Shown here: piece after piece, positions 56,267 to 64,000 of the stretch
Numbering within the stretch: the stretch's first letter is position 1
Layout: each line of letters begins with the position of its first letter
Source: Bdellovibrionia bacterium
Lineage (GTDB): Bacteria > Bdellovibrionota > UBA1018
Direction of reading: 5' to 3'
NCBI GenBank assembly: GCA_040399745.1
Contig: JBBARP010000001.1
Span: 202,617 to 266,616, forward strand
DNA: 64,000 nucleotides
Made by a program: the position numbers and the translations under genes
Notes under the pieces: generated by a model
Told to the model about the DNA's origin: nothing
The model's input: only the letters and a program-made list of their open reading frames with translations
The model's database searches: none

Positions 56267-56898
56267 CCGAAAACCGATGGAAGAGCGCCGAATGGGAGCA
56301 TTACGAGCTTTGGGAAAAGCTTGAGAAGCGCGTCCAGAGAAAGCGCCGTATTTGGATTGCCGCGACCGTGGTGGTGTTTCTGGCCATCTCGGCCATTCCG
56401 GTGGTGAAGGATCGCTGGTTGAAGTGGTCTGCTTTGAAAGTGGCCAGACTTCTTTCTCAGCAGATCAATCAGATGAAGCGAGATGCGATGGTGGCCCGAA
56501 CGCCTCACCGATTGATCTTGGTCGATGATCTCGGCGTTCGGATCGAGCCCGTCGCCGAATGCGAGGGGCATGCGCCCCCTGTCTCGCACTCGCTGGCTTC
56601 CTTCAGTACGGCCACCTCGGCAAATTCTGCCGCTCCGCTGACGGTTTCCGTTCGCCAGGTCGATTTTGGATTCTCGGAATTGAAATGGCTCGAACCCGCC
56701 GACGGCGAACGCTGGGGAGTGCCGGGTTTGGTGCGCGAGTACTGCTTTGATCCCTTGAAAGGCGGGGGTTCAGCCGCCAAAGGGTTGCCGGTGATTGGAC
56801 TCGGTGTTGCTCCGAAGGCAGACCTGACCGAGGATCGGTCCGACCGAATGGCAGTGATCTTCGTCTCGGGACCTTCGGCTGAAGTCGCTTACGAGTGA
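56239..56898 (+). CDS. Membrane-anchored FimU/GspH-like protein without a prepilin cleavage motif
   Basis: GGAGG RBS and GTG, a single TM ending AIP, then a pilin-like helix ARLLSQQINQMKRDAM, and two Cys. Confidence 0.55.
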   Translation: MVPIHPTDLAENRWKSAEWEHYELWEKLEKRVQRKRRIWIAATVVVFLAISAIPVVKDRWLKWSALKVARLLSQQINQMKRDAMVARTPHRLILVDDLGVRIEPVAECEGHAPPVSHSLASFSTATSANSAAPLTVSVRQVDFGFSELKWLEPADGERWGVPGLVREYCFDPLKGGGSAAKGLPVIGLGVAPKADLTEDRSDRMAVIFVSGPSAEVAYE

Positions 56899-56913
56899 AA
56901 TTCCCCTCGAGTG

Positions 56914-56941
56914 TTGACCCCTTTCACCTGACAGGTAGAAT
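56914..56941 (+). promoter_or_regulatory. sigma70-type promoter of pilMNOPQ
   Basis: TTGACC-N16-TAGAAT, 23 nt upstream of the pilM ATG. Confidence 0.6.
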
Positions 56942-56964
56942 CAGGAAAAGGGGTTCTCGGTTCC

Positions 56965-58083
56965 ATGAAGGGATCACTCGGCCAGAAGGCTAACGGAATC
57001 TTAGGTAAGTTCTTGCCCGACCTTTCCAACTGGTCAGGGGCACTGGCCTCGCTTACGGGCGGAGGTTCCGCGGTGGGCCTGAGTATTGGCTCATCCTCGG
57101 TGAAGCTCGTCGAGCTGAAGCGCTCGGGAAAAGCCTGGAAGCTTCTGAACTGGGCCGTGAATCCGGTTCTGGACGAAAGCATCGTGAACCGCGAGATTCA
57201 TAACGCGGTGGCGGTGACTGAGTCGCTGCGAACTTTGCTATCGGGCGTGAAGCTTCAGAATAAATCGGTTTGCACCGCTCTTTCAGGCGCTACGGTCACT
57301 TTGCGCCGAATGATGGTCGAAGTGGCAAATCCCAAAGAGATTCAAGAGCAAGTGTTCTGGGAAGCCGAGCAGTACGTGAACGAAGCTGTGGCCGACGTGG
57401 TCATGGATTTTCATCAAATTTCCCGCTCAAAAGATGGCAAGACCGACGTGATCTTGGTGGCAGCCAAGCGCTCAGTTCTGGATAGCTACACGGCCTGCGT
57501 TGAAGACGCGGGGCTAAAAGCAAAAGTGGTCGACTTGGATTTCTTGGCGCTTCAAACCGTTTTTGAAGCCAATTATCAGGAGAAACCCGGCGAAGCGGTG
57601 GCGCTGGTCGACATCGGATCGAGCTCGCTGAAGCTTGTGGTCGTGTTCGGGGGAGTGCCGGTCTACACCAAGGACGCGGCAATCGGTGGGCGGAACCTCA
57701 CCTTAGAAATTCAAAGGCAGCTCGAGTCCTCTTTTGCGGATGCCGAAGCATTGAAAACCGAAGGCCCGATTCCTCAGCCGGTCAGTGAGTTGATGCACGC
57801 GCAGAGCGGAATCTTTGCTCAAGAGATCAAGCGCGCCATCGACTTCCACGGCGCTTCCTCTTCGAGTGGTCGAGTCACTTCACTGTTCATCACTGGCGGG
57901 AGCAGCCGGATTCCTGGCCTTGCGCAAGTTCTCGAAGCGGAAACCCAGCTTCCGGTTCAGGAGCTGAATCCCTTCAATGCCATTCAGGTCGATCCGGCTG
58001 TTTATTCGCCGGAGTACTTGGCGAAAATTGCACCGCTTGCGGCCATCCCGGTCGGCTTGGCCATTCGGGCGGGGACGCCATGA
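56965..58083 (+). CDS. pilM: Type IV pilus alignment protein PilM
   Basis: VGLSIGSSSVKLVEL, WEAEQY, LVAAK, LVDIG, GGRNLT, TGGSS, NPF, VGLAIR. Confidence 0.93.
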   Translation: MKGSLGQKANGILGKFLPDLSNWSGALASLTGGGSAVGLSIGSSSVKLVELKRSGKAWKLLNWAVNPVLDESIVNREIHNAVAVTESLRTLLSGVKLQNKSVCTALSGATVTLRRMMVEVANPKEIQEQVFWEAEQYVNEAVADVVMDFHQISRSKDGKTDVILVAAKRSVLDSYTACVEDAGLKAKVVDLDFLALQTVFEANYQEKPGEAVALVDIGSSSLKLVVVFGGVPVYTKDAAIGGRNLTLEIQRQLESSFADAEALKTEGPIPQPVSELMHAQSGIFAQEIKRAIDFHGASSSSGRVTSLFITGGSSRIPGLAQVLEAETQLPVQELNPFNAIQVDPAVYSPEYLAKIAPLAAIPVGLAIRAGTP

Positions 58084-58736
58084 TTAAGATTAACCTGGCG
58101 CTCAGAAAATCGGCTCAGCTCCTGGACTCAGGCCCGGGCACCTCGCTGACGCGCATGGCGCAAGGCGGCCTGGGAAAACTCAGCCCTGCTGATTTGTTTC
58201 AGACCCCGGGCTTCCTGGCCTTTGGTTTGATGCTGGTAGGGATTTTTCTGAGCCAATCCCTGGTCACCAGTTACATGGCCGATGAAGTCGCTAAGCTCGA
58301 TGCGGATCTTGCGCGAATCAACGAGCAAGGCGAGTCGATGACCAAAAAATTGGCTGATTCCAAGAAATTTCAGGAGCAGAAAAAGGAACTCGAAGCCAAC
58401 AAAGCGGAAGTCGATCGCAAGCTCGAAGCCATCCGCAAGCTCTCCTTGGAACGCGATATTCCCGTTCGGATCCTCACTCAGCTTTCATCCAGCATTCCTG
58501 CGGAAGTTTGGCTCTCAGAGCTGAAAGTGGATCGTCAGGATATTCTCTTTAAAGGGGACGCCGTCGACTTTTCTCAAGTGTCTGAGTTCATGAAAAACTT
58601 GGCCACGATCGAACTTTTTGATGGGGTTCGGCTTCAGAACACTCAGCAGGGCCGAGATGAATTTGGCCTGGATATTGCGAAATTCGAGATCGGCGTGAAG
58701 CGCCGTGCGGCAGTGTCGGGAGGCGGAAGTGGATAA
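58080..58736 (+). CDS. pilN: PilN
   Basis: MIKINLA motif, TM, coiled coil, IPAEVWL, VSEFMKNL. Confidence 0.88.
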   Translation: MIKINLALRKSAQLLDSGPGTSLTRMAQGGLGKLSPADLFQTPGFLAFGLMLVGIFLSQSLVTSYMADEVAKLDADLARINEQGESMTKKLADSKKFQEQKKELEANKAEVDRKLEAIRKLSLERDIPVRILTQLSSSIPAEVWLSELKVDRQDILFKGDAVDFSQVSEFMKNLATIELFDGVRLQNTQQGRDEFGLDIAKFEIGVKRRAAVSGGGSG

Positions 58737-59355
58737 AGATCTCCTGGGGCGGCTCTTTTCATCGATTCCTAGCAAAGCAATCCTGGGAGCTTGGATCGCC
58801 TATCAGGGGTTTCAAGTGTATCAATTCCGCAGTTCCGACGAATCTGAACTGAATCAAAAGATGTTTCAGGTCTCGGCGGCAGAAAAGCAGTTGGCGAACA
58901 AAGAACGCCAGCTTGCGGAGCTCGATCGTTTCGTGAAGGAACTCGAGTCGCGTAAAGAAGAGTTGAAGCGGAAGTTTGACGAACTGGACCGAACCAAAGT
59001 CAATTTCGAGAGCTTCGACATTCCTTCGTTCATGCAGGCGGCGGTGAATGAGGCCAAGCGCCTGGGCATTCAAGTGCAGGTGTTCCGTCCGACAGTGAAA
59101 TCGGACGGCGAATTCTATGAAGAGCAGGGCTTTGAGTTCGGGTTTCGGGGCTTTTATCCGCAACTCATGGTGTTCTTGAGCCGGCTTTCAAAAATCCAAC
59201 ATGTGGTTCAGGTGGATAGTTTCACGGTGAAGCCCATCGGCGCCCGCAACGGCAAGTTCGTTCAGTTGGAAGGCAGCCTTCAAATCAAAGGCTACTCCTA
59301 TAAGCGCTCCAAAGCGGATGATCTGAAAAAGTCCGCTGAAGCAAGGAGTGGCTGA
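58729..59355 (+). CDS. pilO: PilO
   Basis: TM, coiled coil, DIPSFM, FRP, EFYEE, GFYPQLMVFLSRL. GTG start behind GGAGG. Confidence 0.85.
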   Translation: MDKDLLGRLFSSIPSKAILGAWIAYQGFQVYQFRSSDESELNQKMFQVSAAEKQLANKERQLAELDRFVKELESRKEELKRKFDELDRTKVNFESFDIPSFMQAAVNEAKRLGIQVQVFRPTVKSDGEFYEEQGFEFGFRGFYPQLMVFLSRLSKIQHVVQVDSFTVKPIGARNGKFVQLEGSLQIKGYSYKRSKADDLKKSAEARSG

Positions 59356-59786
59356 TGCGGGCTTGGGCAATCCTGGCGATGGGCTTGATTTTCGGGGCAG
59401 TAGCTTTGCCCGAAGCAGCACTTACGCAGGTCACTTTAGATCTCAGCGACAAGGCGCCGGACCAGCTCAGTTTTCGTGACCCTTTTCAGCGGCCTCAGAT
59501 TCGCGATGCGGCCAATCTTCCGAAGTCGGAGCTGGAGCGTTTTTCGGTCGAGCAGATGGAGCTTCTGGGCGTCATCACCGGTCCAGTCAGAATGCGCGCT
59601 TCCATCCGGACCCCCGATGGAAAACTTCACATGGTGGCCGAGAAGCAAAAGATCGGGAACCGAAACGGCTTTATTCGCAAGATCAACCCAGGCGAAGTCC
59701 TCGTGACTGAGAAGGTCCTGACGGCTTGGGGCAAGGAAGAGGAGCAAGAAATTCAGCTCCGGATCGCGTCAAAGAACAAAGAATAA
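59355..59786 (+). CDS. pilP: PilP
   Basis: RDPF, LERFSVEQMELLGVI, TPDGK, IGNRNGFI. Confidence 0.85.
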   Translation: MRAWAILAMGLIFGAVALPEAALTQVTLDLSDKAPDQLSFRDPFQRPQIRDAANLPKSELERFSVEQMELLGVITGPVRMRASIRTPDGKLHMVAEKQKIGNRNGFIRKINPGEVLVTEKVLTAWGKEEEQEIQLRIASKNKE

Positions 59787-59804
59787 GTAGCAAGGGAGTC
59801 GGAA

Positions 59805-61649
59805 ATGAAGCGGATGGAATCGCGAACCAAAAAGACGACCGGATACCTCGTGGCGGGCTTGCTCGCTGCGACGGCCCTGAGTGCTCCTTGGGTTCTGGCC
59901 GCTGCAGGCCGAATCACTGCCATTGATTTCAGACAGGCCGACGGAAAAAGCCTGGTCGAGATTACTTCGGATGCTCCTCTGGCTTTTGTGAAGCAGGAGA
60001 ATCAGGCGGACAAACAGGTCATTCTAGAAATTCAGGACGCAAAACTGAGCCGCGCTGCCCTTCGGCGCTTGGATACTTCCTCCTTTCCTGGCGCCGTCAG
60101 TTTGGTCAGCCCCTATCAAACAGGCGAGCAAGCGCGTGTCGTCGTTCAGCTTCGAAACAACGTGGGTACCTCGGTGGTGCAAGACGGAAACGTCCTTCGC
60201 CTGAGTGTTGCGGATGGCGCATCATCCGACCGCGCCCAAGCGAGCGCTTCGGCCGCCGAGCCCGCGCCTTCGGCCAGTGAATCGGGAGAGAGCACTTCGT
60301 CCCGTGCAGCGGACGAGCTTTTAGCTCAGGAAGAAGCAGCTTCGAAACCCGCAACCAAGGCCTCAACCCCAGCTACTTTGCGGGCGGAAGAGAAGGCTCT
60401 GGACGATTTCATTCAGTCTCGTTCGCAGCGTAAATTCATTGGAAAGCCCATCACTTTACAAGTTCGTGACATGGATTTGGGCGACTTCTTCCAGTTGATC
60501 GGGGAAGCTTCCGGCTTCAACGTTATTGTGGGCTCGGAAGTACAAGGAAAGGTAACGCTTTCGCTTCAGGACACCCCCTGGGACCAAGCCCTGGATTTGG
60601 TGCTTTCTTCGCGCCAGCTGGGTGCCGAGCGTCGTAACAACGTGCTGCGAATCACGACGCTCTCGAATCTGACTTCCGAGAAGCAAGCCGAGCTGGCCGC
60701 TCGTCGTGCGAGCGAGGCCGCAGCTCCGCGAATCACCCGAATTTTCCCCATTAGCTACGCCACGCTGGCGGATCTCAGTAACGTGTTTCAGCGCTTCGCT
60801 TCCAGCTCGGGCGACACTTCAGGAACCGTCGTACAAACCGATGAACGCACGAACAGCATCATCGTTCGCGATACGGCTGAAAACATCGAGCGGATGCGAA
60901 AGCTGATCGAGCTTTTGGACACCCAAACGCCTCAAGTTTTGATTGAGGCAAAAGTGGTGGAAGCCAAAGAGAGCGGTTCCAAGGCGATTTCCGGTACGTT
61001 TGGTTTCGGTGGCAGCGCAACTTCCAGCAGCTTGACTGGGACTCTTGGTGCCATTCCGAACACCACCTTGGTGGGTGGAAACTTCAATTGGGGGCAGGCT
61101 TTGAATTTCGGCATTGGAAACGGCACCCGGATCGATGCCTTACTGAACATTACCGAGAGCCAAAGTTTGACCCGAACTGTGTCCTCGCCCAAGACTGTGG
61201 TCCTGAACAAAGAGACGGCGAGCATCGTTGCGGGAACGCCGGTCCTGATCAGCACCACCACCAGCACGATCTCGGGCCCGATTGCCACTCAGACGGTGGT
61301 GACGGCGAACTTGAGCTTGAACGTCAAACCCACGGTGACCAATGACTCTGGCGTCCTTTTGGATGTGACGGTTCAGCGCGATACGGTTGTTCAGGCCGAC
61401 ACCACGAGTGCAGTGGCCCCTCGAAATCTAAAAACCAAAGTTCTTGTCGACAGCGGCTCGACCTTGGTGATCGGCGGGGTTTACACGAGCTCCAGCATCG
61501 AATCGGAGGGCGGCATTCCGTTCTTCCGGAAAATTCCAATCATCGGGGCCCTGTTTGGGAACGAAACCAAGTCGAATGAACGAACGGAGTTGTTCATTTT
61601 CATCACACCGCGCATTCTGAACCAGAAAGAAGCAGGCCTTTCGACGTGA
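59805..61649 (+). CDS. pilQ: Type IV pilus secretin PilQ
   Basis: Signal peptide, AMIN domain, GKPITL, PWDQALD, DERTNSII, LDTQTPQVLIEA, TLVIGG, ELFIFITPRIL. Confidence 0.95.
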   Translation: MKRMESRTKKTTGYLVAGLLAATALSAPWVLAAAGRITAIDFRQADGKSLVEITSDAPLAFVKQENQADKQVILEIQDAKLSRAALRRLDTSSFPGAVSLVSPYQTGEQARVVVQLRNNVGTSVVQDGNVLRLSVADGASSDRAQASASAAEPAPSASESGESTSSRAADELLAQEEAASKPATKASTPATLRAEEKALDDFIQSRSQRKFIGKPITLQVRDMDLGDFFQLIGEASGFNVIVGSEVQGKVTLSLQDTPWDQALDLVLSSRQLGAERRNNVLRITTLSNLTSEKQAELAARRASEAAAPRITRIFPISYATLADLSNVFQRFASSSGDTSGTVVQTDERTNSIIVRDTAENIERMRKLIELLDTQTPQVLIEAKVVEAKESGSKAISGTFGFGGSATSSSLTGTLGAIPNTTLVGGNFNWGQALNFGIGNGTRIDALLNITESQSLTRTVSSPKTVVLNKETASIVAGTPVLISTTTSTISGPIATQTVVTANLSLNVKPTVTNDSGVLLDVTVQRDTVVQADTTSAVAPRNLKTKVLVDSGSTLVIGGVYTSSSIESEGGIPFFRKIPIIGALFGNETKSNERTELFIFITPRILNQKEAGLST

Positions 61650-62251
61650 ACCCGGCGTCCTATTCGCCCATCCTTTATGAGTACCTGAGGCGCTATCAAG
61701 AAAATCCGCGCTCGCGCGTCTTTGCGCCGTTAGCGGAAGCATATCGAAAAGCCGGCCTTCCCGAGCAGGCACTCGAGATCGCGCGTGAGGGGCTTCGGGT
61801 GCATCCTCACTTCGTGGGTGGCCGGGTGGCTTTAGGTCGGGCGCTCTTTGATCTGCGCAGGCATGCCGAAGTGGTTCAAGAGCTTTCGGTGGTGGTCCGC
61901 GACGTGCCTGACAACTTGGCAGCGCAAAGGCTTCTGGCCGAGAGCTGCTTGGTCCTAGGTCGAGTCGCCGAAGCCCTCGATGCGTATAAAATGTTGCTCT
62001 ACTTCGCTCCGGGCGATGCCCAGTTGGCCAAGCTGGTTCATGAGCTGGAAACCCAGGCCTATGCGCAAGGGAATTTGGTCCTGCAGCTCGATTCGCCTGA
62101 AAAAGCGGGTTCTGCCTTCGAGTTTCAGGAAGCAGGCCGAGCCTTGGCGAGCGATCCCGCGCGAGCGAAGAACGAGTGGTTACGTCGGGTAGAGCTCCTG
62201 CAGGGCATGCTTCAGCGGGTAGAGCGGTACCGGGCTCGCGCCTCGGGTTGA
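61646..62251 (+). CDS. Cytoplasmic TPR protein
   Basis: NPRSRVFAPLAEAYRKAG...HPHFVGGRVALG...PDNLAAQRLLA TPR pattern; no signal peptide. Confidence 0.8.
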   Translation: MNPASYSPILYEYLRRYQENPRSRVFAPLAEAYRKAGLPEQALEIAREGLRVHPHFVGGRVALGRALFDLRRHAEVVQELSVVVRDVPDNLAAQRLLAESCLVLGRVAEALDAYKMLLYFAPGDAQLAKLVHELETQAYAQGNLVLQLDSPEKAGSAFEFQEAGRALASDPARAKNEWLRRVELLQGMLQRVERYRARASG

Positions 62252-62284
62252 CGCGCGGGAAGTCCGCGTGATAACCGACCGTTC

Positions 62285-62845
62285 ATGTACGCAACCAACC
62301 AGTTTCGCAAAGGCCTGAAGGTCGAGCTCGAGGGCGTTCCTTTTGAGATCGTCGACTTTCAGCACGTCAGCCCCGGCAAAGGCCGCGCTTTCACCCGTAC
62401 CAAGTTGAAGAACATGCTCAACGGCAACGTGATCGAGCGAACGATCACTTCGGGCGACAAGCTGGACCGTGCGAACACTGAAGAAAAAGAAATGCAGTAC
62501 CTGTATCGGGACGCCGAAGGGTACCACTTCATGAACCAGGCCAACTTCGAACAGGTGGCCATGAGCGAGGAACAGGTCGGAACCAATAAGGACTTCCTGA
62601 TCGAGAACCTCGTCATCAAGATCATGTACTTCAACGAAGGCCCGATCGGCATCGATATGCCGACTTTCGTGAATCTGCGCGTGAAAGAAACGACTTCGGC
62701 TTTCAAAGGCGATACCGTCGGCGGCACGAAGCCCGCCTTGATGGAAACGGGCGCTACGATTCAAGTGCCTTTTCACATCAAAGAAGGCGATATGTTGAAA
62801 ATCGATACCCGCGATTACTCCTACAACTCCAAAGCCAACGACTGA
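62285..62845 (+). CDS. efp: Elongation factor P
   Basis: [14 protein letters not shown] (Lys-type loop), [24 protein letters not shown]. Confidence 0.96.
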   Translation: MYATNQFRKGLKVELEGVPFEIVDFQHVSPGKGRAFTRTKLKNMLNGNVIERTITSGDKLDRANTEEKEMQYLYRDAEGYHFMNQANFEQVAMSEEQVGTNKDFLIENLVIKIMYFNEGPIGIDMPTFVNLRVKETTSAFKGDTVGGTKPALMETGATIQVPFHIKEGDMLKIDTRDYSYNSKAND

Positions 62846-62849
62846 GAGT

Positions 62850-63407
62850 GTGAACGTGAAAAAACAGCCCTCGAAGGTGAAGAAGCAGAAGGAAAACGCA
62901 ACCTCCGGTCTGTTGTCCGATCTGGAGAAGGTTCTTGAGATGATGGGCCGCCACCATGTGGCCGAGCTCGAGTATGAAGCTCAGGGCAGCCGCCTGCATC
63001 TGCGGACGCAAGCCGCCCTGGCCGCTCAGGCCCATCAGGCTCAGCCGGTGTTTGCGCCGGCTCCGCAGTTTGCCTATCCGCCTGCCCCGGCTGCGCATGC
63101 TCCCGCAGCGCTCGCTGCAGCACCGGCCGCCGCTTCGGCTCCCGCTAGCTCTCCTGCTGCCTCGGCAGGCAAAACCGTCACTTCGCCTTTCGTAGGAACG
63201 TTCTATCGTTCCGCTTCGCCGACCGCGTCGGTGTACGTCAATGAGGGCCAAGCCGTGAAGTCGGGCGACGTACTCTGTATCGTCGAAGCGATGAAGCTGA
63301 TGAACGAAATTGAAGCCGAATTTTCGGGCAAAATTGTTCAAATTCTTGCTGAAAACGGGCAGCCCGTCGAATTCGGCGAGCCGCTCTTTGTGATTCAACC
63401 GGCCTGA
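62850..63407 (+). CDS. accB: Acetyl-CoA carboxylase biotin carboxyl carrier protein
   Basis: Ala/Pro linker, [26 protein letters not shown]. Confidence 0.95.
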   Translation: MNVKKQPSKVKKQKENATSGLLSDLEKVLEMMGRHHVAELEYEAQGSRLHLRTQAALAAQAHQAQPVFAPAPQFAYPPAPAAHAPAALAAAPAAASAPASSPAASAGKTVTSPFVGTFYRSASPTASVYVNEGQAVKSGDVLCIVEAMKLMNEIEAEFSGKIVQILAENGQPVEFGEPLFVIQPA

Positions 63408-63426
63408 GCCGGGGAGGATCGTGTCC

Positions 63427-64000
63427 ATGGGCGCTTCTTCGGCTCCGTTCCCACCGTTCCGGAAAGTCCTCATCGCGAACCGCGGTGAAATCGCTCTTCG
63501 AGTCATTCGGGCCTGCCGCGAAATGGGCATCTCGACAGTCGCGGTTTATTCGACCGCCGACGAGAATTCACTGCACGTGAAGCTGGCAGACGAAGCGGTT
63601 TGCATTGGACCGCCGCAGAGCAAGTTGTCCTACTTGAATATGGGCAACGTGATTTCCGCAGCCGATATTACCGGAGCGGACGCGATTCACCCGGGCTACG
63701 GGTTTTTGTCTGAGAACGCCGAGTTTGCGCGTCTCTGCGGGGAGTGCGAGATCACGTTCATCGGCCCCACGCCGCAGAACTTGATCGACATGGGTGAGAA
63801 GACGCGGGCGCGTGCTTTAGCTAAGGCTGCGGGCGTTCCCATGTTGCCCGGTACGGTCGAAGCTGTGCCGAACATGGAAGTGGCCTTGGAAGAAGCCAAG
63901 CGCATCGGCTACCCGGTCATCTTGAAGGCAGCAGCGGGCGGCGGTGGAAGGGGCATTTTCGTTGTCCGTACGCCGGACGAATTGCGGGGCTCTTTTGACC
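63427..64000 (+). CDS. accC: Biotin carboxylase, N-terminal part (runs off window end)
   Basis: My translation: [25 protein letters not shown]...ADEAVCIGP...[12 protein letters not shown]...[10 protein letters not shown]. Confidence 0.95.
   Translation, partial: MGASSAPFPPFRKVLIANRGEIALRVIRACREMGISTVAVYSTADENSLHVKLADEAVCIGPPQSKLSYLNMGNVISAADITGADAIHPGYGFLSENAEFARLCGECEITFIGPTPQNLIDMGEKTRARALAKAAGVPMLPGTVEAVPNMEVALEEAKRIGYPVILKAAAGGGGRGIFVVRTPDELRGSFD

Noticed and set aside
61646..62251. TPR gene after pilQ as the pilotin (Tgl/PilF)
   Set aside because: No signal peptide or lipobox.
1..64000. CRISPR array, prophage, IS element, rRNA, defence system or recoded (Sec/frameshift) gene
   Set aside because: Intergenic gaps are all under about 190 nt with no spaced repeats, and no such protein motifs or interrupted conserved genes were seen.

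Overview
A dense, mostly core-genome stretch of a GC-rich diderm bacterium. The pil gene order, pilin leader and secreted hydrolases point to Bdellovibrionota or a related deltaproteobacteria-like lineage (inference). Contents in order: msbA-gltS-glyQS-ppdK operon; GalE-GmhB fusion; recO; two secreted metallopeptidase-like proteins; a cheA-cheW-cheR-cheB operon with unusual fusions; gluQ; tRNA-Ala(UGC); DoxX/pirin; a PRTase/Prs/HPF trio; a copper module (TolC, CopA, beta-barrel, secreted Cys-rich mini-protein); a ~1400-aa lipoprotein heading a MoxR/Bat operon; GSIII; a degenerate ParA coupled to tryptophanase; ribF; a complete type IVa pilus cluster; and efp-accB-accC. I found no integrase, transposase, prophage, CRISPR array, rRNA or defence system. 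Best candidates for undescribed biology: (1) the copper module with an exported metallothionein-like peptide; (2) the pseudo-ATPase ParA-tryptophanase pair; (3) the giant lipoprotein linked to MoxR/Bat; (4) the CheR-REC-pseudoCheB and CheD-CheB fusions; (5) a PilR lacking its receiver domain and PilS. All calls come from reading motifs by eye; no database searches were run.
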